NCBI RefSeq assembly: GCF_964204645.1
Contig: NC_134032.1
Coordinates: 6,188,275 to 6,252,274, forward strand
Direction: 5' to 3'
Length of the DNA: 64,000 bases
From: Tubulanus polymorphus
Taxonomy: Eukaryota; Animalia; Nemertea
Shown: piece by piece, positions 1 through 12,834 of the stretch
Position numbering within the stretch: position 1 is the stretch's first letter
How the letters are laid out: each line of letters begins with the position of its first letter
Position numbers and translations under genes: made by a program
Notes under the pieces: generated by a model
Seen by the model: the letters and a program-made list of their open reading frames with translations, nothing else
Database searches by the model: none
What the model was told of the DNA's origin: nothing

Positions 1-2109
1 GAGCAGCGTGCTCACCCTTTATTCTCAATGCCGTCATAAAATCGCATTTGGACAAAGATAAGAGCACGGTAGCTAATGATATGATATCGAGAATATATGT
101 AGACAACGTCGTTACGTCGGTGAAAGACGAATCGACGGCAATCGATTATTACAATAACGCAAATCGGATTATGTCCGACGCAGGATTTAAACTATGTGAG
201 TGGACTAGTAACAACGAAAGCCTCAGACATATTGCGAGGAAAGACAACTTATGAACGGGTATGACGTTGTCAGCAACCTAGGACTCGTGTGAGATCTCAA
301 TCAGGAAAGGCTTAAATACAAACAAGTGATCGAGCATAGCGAGCCAGAAATCATTACGAAGCTCGAAATCGTCAGGAGCGTGGCGAGTCTTAATGATCTG
401 TTAGGACTGTTATCGCCGGTTCACATCAAATCAAAAATATTCATCCAAGAATTGTGGAAAGCGAATGTCTCGTGGGATGAATTATCACCAGACGAAATGA
501 ACAATAATTGGAAAACTTTGTACCGAGATCTACAAAATGCGAGAAAAATAGCCATTAACCGGAAGTATTTTTCTACGCCGTCGGAGGATACCGATACTGA
601 ATTACATTGTTTTGTGGACGCGAGTTCACGTGGCTACGGACGTCAAGAGAAAAACACCGCACTTGTCATAGCGAAAAACAGAGTTGAACCCGTTAAACAG
701 CTCTCGTTACCGCGCCTCGAGTTAATGGCCGTCGTCGCCCGTTTGATCAGATATTCATTCGATGCGCTCAATCCATGTTGCCATTTCAGGAAAGCGATTA
801 TCTGGTCCGATAGCGAGATGTTGCACTAGGAGTAAAAATCGACTTCCGTGTTTCGTTCAAAACCGGGTGCACGAGATAAATCCTTTGAAATTAGATAATC
901 TCAATGTGGAATTGAATTACGTACCGACCCAAGATAATCCAGCGGATCTACTTACACTTGTATACCCATTCATCAACTGGCCAATTCAACACTATGGTGG
1001 CACGGGCCCGACCGGTTGAAAGTCGGTGATTGGCCAGTCTCGCGATTTCAAGCCGATAACGAAATTAAAACCGATTAAAATGTCGATACAACATGAACAG
1101 TTAGAAAAAGCGGGTATCTTAAAGATCATTGATCCAGAAAAATATGGAACGTTGACCGAACTCGTTCGTGTGACCGCTTATTTCCTCAGATATTTACATA
1201 ATCTGTGGAATCCGGCCGATAGGATTAGCAGGGAACTCAGCGCCGATGAGATGAAAACAGCAGAAAACAAATGGGTCATGGACTTACAGGAAACATCCTT
1301 TAAATCTGAATTGAATCAATTGACAGATCAGAAACTCAAACGCGGTAACCTGGTCAAACAACTGAAAATCTTCATCGATGACAGGGGACTTATTCGATGC
1401 GGCAGTCGTGTGCAAAATTCGTCTTTACCGTACGATGCCAAATTTCCCATTCTATTACCAGATCACCATATTACGCGTTTGATCGTGTTGTTTCACCACA
1501 GGAGGTGTAAACATTTAAGAATTGGCGGGACTGTTACTGCTATCAGGCAGAGATACTGGATACCGAAAACTAGACAAGTCGTAAAATCAGCTCTCAGAAA
1601 ATGTGTTACGTGCGCTATAGTATAAGGCTCCGCCTACTGTAGACCTATACCACCGCCACTTCCAGTTTCGCGCGTTGCGGATGTTCCGCCCTTTACTGTT
1701 ACTGGAGTAGATTATTCCGGCAGTCTATCTCGAATCAGTCATTAGTATGACACCTGCCGCGTTTATTCGAGCATTCCGGAGATTCGTTTGGCGTAGATCA
1801 TTACCGCATGAACTGATCAGTGACAACGGGTCATGTTTTCTAAAATCTTGCGTAGAGATAGAGGAAATCGTCAATTCGCCGATCGTCGCGATATATATGG
1901 CGAACAATCGAATCAGATGGACATTCATTCCCAAACGAGCCCCTTGGTTGATCAACAATCGACCTCTCACGTATGTGTATAGTACGGAAGACGAGCCTCT
2001 TCCGTTGTCTCCGTCACAACTTTTATGCGGTCGCCAATTAACTCTGTTGCCGTATGAGGACATTGATCTAAATGATCCGGACTTTAACGTTTCGTATACC
2101 GATATTCAA
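1..2109 (+). pseudogene. pol: BEL/Pao pol (RT end, RNase H, integrase), frameshifted with internal deletions
   Basis: ORF pieces 48-254, 326-829, 762-1019, 1026-1625 and 1747-2109 carry successive Pao pol motifs in different frames. Confidence 0.9.
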
Positions 2110-2223
2110 TGCCATAATCAAACGAATTCGATTCAAGATGACGGACTAACGCGATCACGTATTCGTTTACGTCCCAACAAAATTACTTATCAAGGGCTTT
2201 GTCTGTCGATTATAAAAGGAATA

Positions 2224-3500
2224 ATGTCTTCACTGAATAGGAAGTTTTCGATAAAATTTCCTCTTCAGGAGGTAAACTCGAAAATTTCTCACCAGGACGT
2301 TATAGATGCAATTAAAGACAGTATGGACGATGACGTGAGTAGTATTATCTCGATTCGAATCACGACGCGATTTTGTATCATCACTGCAGTGGATGAAATA
2401 AGCAAAGATCTTCTAAAGCAATCCGGACTATTTTTTCATGGGGACAAAATCGTTTCGGAGGATGTTGATGTAAATTTTTTGACAGTTAAAATAGTCGATG
2501 CACCGCATGAGATGCCGATCAGACCCATCGTTAACTTTATTCGGAACTATGGTGAGTACGTTGAGGGATCGATCAATAAAGGTGTGATTAAGAACTCGCA
2601 AATATTGGGACAAGATACTTGAAGTTAAAACAAGTTACGAAAGTAATTCCAAATTTTACGCAAATCGACGGATTCCCTATAAGAGTATACTGCGAGGGCA
2701 AAGGGTGTCAGCATTGCCTTGGTGATTCAGATGTGGCGCCTCAAATCAAAAAGCCCGTGATTGTACCATGAATCAACCGAACGATACGACAACCATCGAA
2801 GCGAGTGATTATTGTGAGAATCTGCCAAACGATCAGACCAACATACTACTAATAAAGTATTAGTAATCGGTGACTCCAACCTCCGTAACGTCGAGTTTCC
2901 GGATGGCATTGTTGTTTGTCAACCGGGTGCTAGCAGTGAAAAGATCTCGTCACATCTGAATAAAGCGGAGAAACAGATACCAGATAGATCGACGATTACT
3001 GACGTTATTCTACATCTAGGTACGAATGACATCAGTAACAACAAAAATTACACCGACACCGTAGTTATGAACCTGTCATTAGCTATGGCCAAAACAACTG
3101 AACAATTCAATGATGCACAGATCCATTTTTCGAGTATTATCCCAAGAAAAGGGAACTCCAACAACGTGAAGGAATCCAACAGCCTTGCGATAGGAGTAGA
3201 TAACCATATAAAAAAACTATGTGTTGAACAAAAAGCACATTTATCGATAACGACCCCGTTTTGAAACTTAAACCATCCGGTAAAGCTTTGGACCACTTTT
3301 ATTCGCCCACCGACAAAAGTGGCATTCACCTCAGTCAAACCGGTAAGCTAGCGTTGCTTAAAAACTTTTGCGAGGTAATAGATGGCGTTTCCGGTGATTC
3401 TTTCTGCTCACCGATTTCGGCAAAACACAAGGAGCGGTCCCTATCCGAAACACCACCTTCGATAGAGAATAACAGGAAAAAGCAATATGTTGAACATTGA
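2224..3500 (+). pseudogene. LINE ORF1: RRM-like N-terminus, degenerate zinc knuckle, SGNH/GDSL esterase domain
   Basis: MSSLNRKFSIKF... from 2224; CQHC near 2705; KVLVIGDSNLR (~2850-2885), VILHLGTNDI (~3004-3033), DKSGIHL (~3312-3332) match SGNH blocks I, III and V; frameshifted. Confidence 0.8.
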
Positions 3501-3527
3501 TTGTGATCCTTGCAATTTTGTACGAAC

Positions 3528-5834
3528 ATGACTAACTCCGATTCTGATATTCCTAGTGCAAACAACAGTTGTTTGTATCTTAATGTTGATGAGGATTTTC
3601 CTCTTGAACGGGGAAGCTATCTGTTATTTCACATGATATCAGAAGCCTGAACAAACATTTTGACTGTTTTACCGACTTTTTGACTTGCAGTAACGGCCAA
3701 TTTTCGGTCATTGGTTTGACCGAAACTTGGACAAATTCTAATAATTCTGACTCCAATTTATATAGAATTAATGTCTACTCGAGTATTAAGTCTCGCGCCA
3801 ATGGTCAACATGGCGGTGGCGTAGCTTTATTTTTCATAGAGAATTTCAAAGTTCGGACTAACTTGTCATCTAAGTATCTAACCTTCGAATCTTTTTTCAT
3901 CGAAATTGTTTCAGAAAAAAATCTAATATTATCATTGGAGTAATATACAGACCTCCAGGAGGAGAATTACCAACGTTTAGAGATGAATTCGAAGTCTAAA
4001 TGGCTGAAATTACTCGCCAGAACAAACTTTGCTATTTAATGGGGGATTTTGATATTGATCTCATTAAATATGATATGCACAAACATACAGAATTTTTTCT
4101 CGAAACATTATTCTCCTATTCCTTTTCACCTTTGATTGACAAGCCTACGCGAGTGACTTGTGACTCGACGTCTTTAAGTGATAATATATTTTGTAACGAT
4201 TTGAGAAACATTCATAAATCTGGGATTTTTATCACCAGCATTTCGGATCATTATCCAATATTTACTATTTGCAGTGGTGTAGAGCCTCTGTCTGATAAAC
4301 AACCTTATAAAACTAGAATCTTTTCGCAGCGTAATATTTCTAAATTCCAAAGATTATTAATCAATACTAGCTGGAGTGAAGTTTATTCTTCTGATAATCC
4401 TTGTTCCGCTTACTCTGCCTTTATTGAAAAAATCTCTTCAGTTTTATTAAGTTTTTCCGTTGGTATCTGTTAATCCAACCGATCCATCATTTCACAAACC
4501 TTGGATAACTCCTGGTATTGTCACAGCAATTAAAACAAAAAACAGCCTCTATAGGAAACTTGTTCGAACTCGTTCTGATAAAATAGAAACCAAGAATAAT
4601 TCGTACAAAAATCTCATTTCAAAGCTTATTAACAAAGCTGAATCTGATTATTATTCTGAAAAGTTACTTGCTGCTGGAAATGATATGAAGAAAAAGTGGA
4701 ATCTGTTGAACACAATTTAAGGGAGAAACACTCATTCAAAACTACCAAACTCTTTTACCTCCGATCAACGCATTCTTTCTGGTGATACAAATATTGTCAA
4801 CGAGTTCAACAATTTTTTTGTAAAAAATTGGTGAAAAGCTTGCTAGTCAAATCCACGATACAGGGCAATCTTTTCCTCAATATATGAATAAATCGTGTCA
4901 ATGAAAATATCTTTTTTCTCCCTACCTCACCCAATGAAATAAGTGATGGAACTCGAGTTTTATGGTATCCGAGGGGGGGGTTGTCATGATTGGTTCAAAA
5001 GTTATTTGACTGATAGGAGTCAAGTAGTTAGTTTTGATAATACTATATCGTCCCCATTAAAGGTATCAATTGGTGTACCGCAGGGTTCCATTTTAGGTCC
5101 TTTACTCTTTATTTTATACATAAACGATTGCGTTAATGCATCCAAGTTGCTCCAATTTATTCTTTTTGCCGATGATACCAATTGTTTTTATAGCCATACA
5201 AATATTAATGAATTGGTTTCTACAGTAAATTCAGAACTAGTAAAACTTGGTATCTGGTTTCAAGTGAACAAACTTTCTTTAAACATTAAGAAATGTCACT
5301 TCATAATTTTGGTAATGCAAATCACTTCAATTTTCCCATTCATTTAAATGGTGAATTAATCAAACATGTTCACAGTACACATTTCTTAGTTCTTTTCATA
5401 GATGATAAATTAAATTGGGATGTCCATATCAAAAATATTTGTTGTAAATCTCACGCTCCATTGGAATTCTGAATAGATTTAAAAAACATTTCCCATCATA
5501 TCTCCTTATTACCCTATAGTTTTGTTTATCCTCATTTAACATTCTAACATTCTAACATTCTAAGATTGAAACGCATTTTACCAAATTTCAACTCAGTGTA
5601 TTCTTGTTCAAATTCAATAACTCACAATTGCCAAATTCTTTCAACCATTATTATCAAAGGAATATAGATATACACTCGCATTCAACTAGAAACAATATTT
5701 TTTTCCGTATTGCTAGATTCAGGACCAACAAAACTCAATTTCCTGTAAAAATCTCTGGTCCTGTTGCTTGGAACAATTTGCCAAAAAGTCTGAAAAATCT
5801 TTCGTGTATCCATATCTTCAATTGTATCTCATGA
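3528..5834 (+). pseudogene. LINE ORF2 (APE endonuclease + RT), frameshifted, large deletion near 4943
   Basis: ORFs 3680-3943, 4000-4473, 4460-4720, 4943-5347, 5604-5834. PTSPNEI is joined directly to ELEFYGIRG, so the early RT subdomains are missing. Confidence 0.88.
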
Positions 5835-5904
5835 ATTTGTGATTCTGAATTTTTCCAAGTTTATTTTAATGCTTTTGTATTTGTCATCTGTTACCAGAGT
5901 GTAA

Positions 5905-5938
5905 GAATGTATGTATGTTAGTGTGATTGACAACGTCT

Positions 5939-5980
<42 letters not shown>

Positions 5981-6056
5981 CATGTTTGGTGTAGGTATAT
6001 GACTGTATGTGCGTATGTGTATGTGTTCGTCTGTTCGCGTGAATCTGTGTGTGTGT
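5905..6056. repeat. (TG)n-rich microsatellite in LINE 3'UTR
   Basis: Pure (GT)n at ~5945-5979 with degenerate flanks. Confidence 0.9.
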
Positions 6057-6057
6057 T

Positions 6058-6110
6058 GGGGGATTAGAAACTTTCGTAAGCCTTTGTTGGCTTCAGCTAA
6101 TCTCCCCCGC
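6058..6110 (+). other. LINE 3'-terminal stem-loop
   Basis: GGGGGATTAG...AAGCC..GGCTT..CTAATCTCCCC inverted pairing ahead of the AATAAA/(TTA)n tail; similar structure at ~18295-18345. Confidence 0.65.
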
Positions 6111-6538
6111 ATTATATTAAAATGTCCCATACTTGTATATTTGTGTATATCCTTATGGTATGTTGTAATTTATTGTGGAAATAAATTATTATTATCATTA
6201 ACGTTGTAAGAACTTTTGAGTTCGTTCAAGCGACGTTGGAGCCGTGAATACTTAATAGCGCTCAGAGAACGTGCGAAACTTGATGGAAAACTCGAATTTA
6301 AATGTTTTTCGATACGATGTTAACTTGCTTTCTATAGATAGTCATTTATTATGAAATATTCTTTATATACTCATTTATTCTACACAACGCAATGTCTCTA
6401 TTTCTAGCCCTTATGGCGATTCAATTTCATACGTGAAACTATCACTTAGTATAGTGATTATTAAAATCTTTCAGTTTAATGCGATACATGTTATCTTGGA
6501 GTAAACTTTCTAATTTGGCGCTTACCGCCGCCCCGGAG

Positions 6539-6687
6539 TGTCGAGAACGACATGTGTTGGTTCTCTTATATGATTCGTTGATGACTCTCTTATATGATTG
6601 GTTGCTGTTTCGCGCCATGTATACTATACTGTAACCCTATACTGTAGTAATAAAGTTAGATGCTGTTTAGATTCACAAAATACAACA
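6539..6687 (+). repeat. Putative 3' LTR of BEL copy 1
   Basis: Starts TGTCGAG right after GCCGCCCCGGAG, contains AATAAA and ends ...ACAACA. The 3' boundary is uncertain because the partner LTR is outside the window. Confidence 0.6.
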
Positions 6688-7173
6688 CGCTCGTCGACTT
6701 TGCTCCTTCGGATCTGGTCAACTCTCTGTGGTGATAGTCACTCCATCACACCAACGACTACCAACGAATTACTAATGAGAACACGAAACATTTCCGCCCG
6801 AACTATTGAACTGTTCACCATCATGTTTTCTCTCTGGAATTCCTATCGTAACAACTTCACCAGCCCCTATATTGCTATTTTTCGATTATCGCAAGGCATT
6901 CGACTCAATTCCGCAGGACAAACTTTCCAAAAACTACATCAGTGGTTGGTATTTAATGCAACCAAAATACTCTTGTTGATGAAATACTCTAGGTCCGTGA
7001 TGAAACAGTTATATAACCCCACAATACACAAAAGAAGGGACATCCGAAAAGATTTCCTTGAGCAGCTTTTATGCTTTAGTAATGCTTCACCCCTAGTTTG
7101 TATCACATCTAATTACAAAATTTTTCTTTTCGCACTGAAATGGATTACATTTCATAATTTCAGTTAAATTATG

Positions 7174-7345
7174 CTGATGACTATTAGGATATATAGTCGA
7201 AACGTTGAAATAATTGCTACTAACTCAAGGAAACATTTCAGACCATTTTTCTTGCAGTATATGCAGGAATTTTCTATTACCTTGTTTCATCAAGGTTACA
7301 ATTTGGTCAGTTTTCCTGAAGATGACTAGAATTAGGATATCGTCA
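7174..7345 (+). mobile_element. Penelope-like terminal repeat remnant with degenerate minimal hammerhead cores
   Basis: CTGATGACTATTAGGATATATAGTCGAAACGTT at 7174-7206 and CTGAAGATGACTAG.. at 7316; homologous copies at 28051-28275 and 35278-35470. Confidence 0.55.
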
Positions 7346-9060
7346 TCATCAATTGGCGGATATTGTTTTTAAGTTGAAAAAATGAAAGAAGAATTTCGGA
7401 CTTTGCTTTTACGCTTAGTTAGTACCAGACATAATGAGGCTATTTGTTCCGGATTGCGTATATAACTAGCAAATTATTCTATAACTACACTAGTTTATAT
7501 CAGTCGAACTATAGCTTCACGACACAAATTCGGTCGACAAATCGGTCTAAACAAATGCGATTGAACCTAATGGTTTGCCGGCTCTAACAAAGATGCACCG
7601 CTGGATAAAACCTTGATGAATATTCTTCGAGGCCTACATTTTTGTGCAACTGTCTTTTTTCAAAGATTCGCCAATAAAATTGTCAGAGGATATGGCCTAA
7701 ACGTGTGGATGGGCAATTTTTCTCAACTCAACGACTGAATTTTCTAAAAGTTTCATCGCTAGTACTATATTTCTAGAAACCATAAGTAATGCCCACATTT
7801 GTATGAAAATAAATGATACATACTTACGAGAGATGTTTAAGAATTGTATTCCATTCTGTAGGCAGTTAGTAGTCTGCGGTATACACGTACATATCTGCAA
7901 TCCTTGTCTCGAACGTACGTACCAAATTTCTTCACTTGCTAGAATCGTGCAGGCACTCTTTCTTGTATTCAAATATTGTTTACGTTATTGTCAATCCATG
8001 ATTCGGACCGATTTGGCGTTGTTACTATCAGGTAGCGTTTGCAAAGAAGCTGATCAAACGGAGTTTCAGTATATTGATAACATTTCTGAACTAAGTGTAT
8101 CAAGAGATATAGAATAGCGCTAGAGTTTTAAATAGACGTATGCACTAGACTAGCCATATTCAGTTGCACAGTACACGGTATAGGTAGGCCTACTGCTGAT
8201 TTCTGTAGATTATTCTAATAGTTGGTGTTTTTGCCTCTTTTGGTTGATTTAATTTGATTCATACTAATTTTTCGTGTCCCTTACAAACCCACCAGTCACA
8301 CCTGCTGGTAACGAAACAGGGGGTTCGATTTTGAAATCGGAAATCGAAGTACAGATCGATATATAGTTGGGTGATCTGTCGAATTCACAGATTTTGTTCG
8401 GTTTAAATCGAAGGAAAAATGGTAAATTTCGGTTCCAGGCCGTGTTTACAATTTTCCAGCCTGGTCCGGCTAGCGACTGATAGAGCTTTAATTTGACTGC
8501 CTGGTTTAATACTTTGAGATTTGGAAATAACTAGGGGGTAAGATCTTGTATATTGTCCATATCTATATTTGGTCGTTTCCCATGTGTAAACTCCGATTAT
8601 TTATTGTAGCCTAGTTTTTTTTAGTAGGTTTTGATATAGCAATCCTCTATGTCGCCTGTCCTCCACGTTGCCTAGATTTAATTGATCGCGTAGAAAGAAG
8701 CATATTCCGAAACGAAAATTATCTCGACGTGAGTGGTGTTCTGGTGTCTGAAGTGTAGTTGTTGACATCGACGGCGCAGCTTCTATGAGATTGCAGCTTT
8801 CTCTGCCAACGACTGCAATGTGTACTTCCCATGAGGTTTAGATTTCCTTAAAGGTTTATACGGTGCACTCTTAAAATCAGACAACGGGGACTGGACATTA
8901 TCTCTCTGATGATCATCTTAATTAGCGCATTGATTCGAATAGCAATACTATCAAAAACAACGTGGAGACCACATTCAATAATATATCGTTATAAATCTAT
9001 AAATATTAAATGGAGAATAGATCAAAACTGTTACCCGGACTCAAAATTGCGGATCCATTT

Positions 9061-9465
9061 CAGGGGTGGATTCAAGGGGCAGGGGGAGCGCTCCCCCCTC
9101 AAAATTTCAAGGTGCCCTTTTTTTCAATTGTTTTTTATTTCAGTAAAATTTTACATAGAACTAAACCATCCGTAGTTTGGTGTTTAATAAATATAGTTGA
9201 TCTTTTCTTGTGACTTTCATGGAGGGTGCCTAGACCACTCTTCCTTTTCGACTCTTATCTTTGGCTATTTAATACATGTCTAGGATACAGGATTCGGAAA
9301 GGCTCCCAGGTGCCACCCGAAAAGCCCAGGTTAGCTTTAAAATTCCATCAAATTTAGAAATGCGGTGCGAGGTGTGCGTCACGCTCTTTGAGTGCCCTTA
9401 TTCGTCAAAATGTGCCCTAACTTTACCTGCTCCCCCGCCTTAATCAAACCCTAGATCCGCCCCTG
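9061..9465. mobile_element. hAT-like MITE
   Basis: TIRs CAGGGGTGGATTCA / CTAGATCCGCCCCTG, repeated internal GTGCCC motifs; no clear TSD. Confidence 0.65.
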
Positions 9466-10729
9466 AGGTTTCACATGGTGAGGTACAGTTAAAATCAGTT
9501 CATTTTCAACGAGTTAACGCTTAGCTAAGAACTGTGGAACTTGGTCTAGAACCTCAGAATGTTTGACCCGTTTGTTTCGGGACGTAGTGTACATTGTATC
9601 CAAGATATTATATCAGTGCATGTGGTTAACATGTGGGTCCTTAGAATTCGGATGCGCCCAGGAAACTAGGGTCCCCCGCCAAAACTCATGTTAGGTAGAT
9701 GTGATGTGATGTGATGTGATATGAATTATCTTCGTATATGTACATTCACAAAATCAATGAGCAAACAGTATAGCTATTATATACGTAATTGTTGAAAGAC
9801 TACTTTAAAGCACTACAAGGAAGCAGCCCTCAGAATACTAAAGGTTGCAAACCTATAACGAGTTAAAATATCAACAGGCTGAAGGAAGAAAACATGTCTG
9901 ACTGTCAGTCAAGTTTATCTTCGACTTGAGCCGAACAGACAGCAAGCAATGTGCAGGCTATGTATGTTTTAACTCTACCGCCAATGCATATCATGCATGC
10001 GCTGCTGTGGCCTTCACCTCACTGTTGCCCCTACTGTGGTAAATCATGCTTTACCGGGTTGCACGTAATTATTTTCGACTAACGAAATGAGACGTTTCCC
10101 CAGATCAAGCAGGTGGATATCACAACGGAAAAAACACGAAGATGCAAACAGTAACCATTGAGCCAAATCATCTTGTTATATCATGGACTCAAAAACGATT
10201 TCGTTTTTGAGTCCATTAGTTATATATGTACCGCTACTTATTTCATCGACTGATACAGGCGCGTTTTGCAATGGAGGATTCTACGATATCATCTAAATAT
10301 ATCTAACTATATATCAAAAGCTATCATCCATCAGATGGGCTTAAACGATACCACTTTGTTATTGTAGCAGTTGGTTAGCAGCACCGGCGCGTCCATGTGT
10401 CTAATAAAATGTTCACGTACAATTTCTGTTATTTCGACTGAGGGTTATTAAACTTATAAATTCTCGTGTTTCACCGCTAGCAGTTTTTGATAATCAATGA
10501 ATATTTTGTAAGTAGTCAGGCCTTGTTCCAGAAATTGAACGAGATTTCATTCAAAACGCATTAAATAGTTCGCAACTCCGACATATTTGACTCATAAACG
10601 CACAATTACTGCACCCGGTTTCAAAGACCGGGTATCAAAGTTACCCGTATGGGTAAATCCTGAACCTGTGTTTTCATAGAACGGGTATCGAAGTCAAATT
10701 CCGATGATATTGCGCAATGTGGTACCGGC

Positions 10730-10995
10730 ACCGCTACTGTGGCAATCGAGGATTCCACGCATAGCAGGCGAGGATCCGCAAGGTCCAGTTATACGGTTAC
10801 CGCGCTTTAATTTTTTTCTACATTTCAATAATTCGAGTAGTCGTTTCTCATTAGTCAATCAATTTCTAATAAAACTATACCATACACTTATTGGGAACGT
10901 CAATCTATAACTGAGTGTATTGTCGCGCCATCGGGTTTGTGCCAGTACCCCATTGATTATGCAATTTACTAAGAAAAATGGCGTGAAACAATAAC
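10730..10995 (+). repeat. Dispersed repeat family, copy A (also ~12310-12580, ~24170-24620, inverted ~37710-37980)
   Basis: Shared core GGC/GAAAATCGAGGATTCCACG..GGCGAGGATCCG..TTCTACATTTCAAT. Confidence 0.65.
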
Positions 10996-11696
10996 GTAAA
11001 CTAACCAAAAAAACATCAAGTAGAGGCGCGTTCACACTACGTTATTCAGACTGGTCTAAATTTGACCAATTTCCAATTTGGACCGGGCGAAGCGTTCATA
11101 CTTTCAAAATATTCGACAATTCAATTTGGACCGACCTAAAAGGAAAGGAATCGCGAGACTTTTCCGATTTTGGAACGGACTATCGTGTGTGAGGACAGAA
11201 ACTGGTTCCAGTTCCGTCCTGAATTGTAATCTGCTTGTAGTTGCTTTGAAAGTTCGTAATGAAAAAAGACTACAGTAGTTCAGCGCAATATCGTAATTTG
11301 CACTACTCGGCCTTAGCTATATTTCGAACCAATTTGCTGGTCCCAGGAGAGGTTCTCTTCAGATTTGAATATATCATCATTTAAATTGTTTATTTATGGG
11401 GCATATCGCGCGGTTCTGTCTCTGTATTCCGAAGTTAGAACAGGCTTTACACTGTGAGATCCAGACCATAATTCCCTATTTTTGCGTATTTTCTAACATG
11501 TGATGGAAGTGTAACATATGGAGGATCAAAGTTCTTCTCGAGCGTGGGGAACTATGTTTATCAGATAAAACAAATTCGTTTTCCACTACCTACAGTTCTG
11601 TTACCTGTTAGATGGTTACTAATCAAATTGACAGGCGATGCTCTACTGATTTCCTATCTTTTAGATGTAAGAAGCCCACCACATGATATTCATACA

Positions 11697-11699
<3 letters not shown>

Positions 11700-11770
<71 letters not shown>

Positions 11771-11876
11771 TACCATATATGTATGTACGTACGCACGCAC
11801 GCACAACGCACCACACACCACACACACGCGTGCGTGCGTGCGTGTGTGTGTGGTGTGTGCGTGCGTGCGTGCGTGC

Positions 11877-11945
<69 letters not shown>

Positions 11946-12023
11946 CGTGTGTGTGTGTGTGTGGTGTGTGCGTGCGTGCGTGCGTGCGTGCGTGCGTACG
12001 TACATACATATATGGTATGCATA
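11700..12023. repeat. Compound (TA)n/(CGTG)n/(CA)n microsatellite with ~40-bp inverted arms
   Basis: TATGCATACCATATATGTATGTACGTACGCACGCACGCAC (~11765) is the reverse complement of ~11983-12022; two long (TA)n tracts. Confidence 0.92.
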
Positions 12024-12309
12024 CGTAATAAAACGACCTCCTACCGACGATTAAACTGTTCGTTTACTGTATATTGATCTACGTTATGACTTTTTTTCAA
12101 ACATCAATGTCAGTAAATAGAAAACTACTATAAGTAACAGTCGTGTCACAAGCGGAATTTTATCAGCAGCAATGAAATTTTGCAATCCCTAACTCAATTC
12201 ACTTCGAACGTAAAGTGCCAGGGCCCCGAGATGGGCACGGGAACGACATACCAAATATTAATATACAGCTATGAAATGTTCTACTCGATGGGGTACCCAC
12301 GCCTCTACT

Positions 12310-12580
12310 ATGAAAATCGAGGATTCCACGTAAAATGGAAGGCGAGGATCCGACATGTTCGTTTGTAGGTAGTTGGTCGTCCGCGTTCGATTTCTTCCAC
12401 ATTTCAATTAAAACTGAATAAACATTTTCCTTAAATGAATATCGGAATTGATGAATGAAAACTATTCCCGTCCGATATCATGAGTAGAAAAATGAATCTA
12501 TTATGTGACAGGTCCTGCGATAATATGTGGATCCGGGAGCCTAAAAACTCGCGGTTCAAAGTTTATTGAAAATGAACTAA
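12310..12580 (+). repeat. Dispersed repeat family, copy B
   Basis: Aligns by eye with 24170-24450. Confidence 0.7.
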
Positions 12581-12834
12581 TTTTGATAACAAATAAGATG
12601 TAGTTCGTCGCCTAAAAAGTTGCAAGTGGAGCAAAATCTATTGTACACTATTGGTAAATCGAGATTTGAAAATGTATTTACAGGTAAAAGATAATACCCA
12701 ACTCTGGACTGGAAAAGCTGCTCAATAAGTCGCCATCAAACTGATTGATATAGTTTTCATACGTATATTTGTCTAAACTTAATGTATAATGGATCATCGT
12801 TCAACTTGAAGTCCGTCTCTTGAACGCGCTGATC

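Larger units (their letters stand above)
2110..6200 (+). mobile_element. CR1/L2-group non-LTR retrotransposon, near full length but decayed
   Basis: 5'UTR, ORF1, APE endonuclease (IGLTETW, GGGVALF, GDF.ID, ISDHYPIF), RT (GVPQGSILGPLLF..Y.ND, FADDT), 3'UTR with (TG)n, stem-loop and AATAAA(TTA)n tail. Confidence 0.9.
1..6687 (+). mobile_element. BEL/Pao LTR retrotransposon copy 1 (5' part outside window), interrupted by a LINE at ~2110-6200
   Basis: RT YVDN (48-254), Pao RNase H region LHCFVDAS..LSLPRLEL..WSDS..DNPADLLT, integrase HHCC (H..H..RQRYWIP..C..C) and core ELISDNG. The integrase C-terminus resumes after the LINE (~6215-6275, LSSFKRRWSREYLIALRE), followed by PPT-like GCCGCCCCGGAG and an LTR. 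Confidence 0.9.

Noticed and set aside
1747-2622. Novel integrase fusion protein
   Set aside because: Chance in-frame junction between two decayed transposons; integrase core is deleted
6598-7167. 189-aa ORF
   Set aside because: Spans a BEL LTR and unrelated retroelement-like sequence; no coherent domain
11544-12077. Six overlapping YIYI/THAR ORFs
   Set aside because: Translations of a microsatellite
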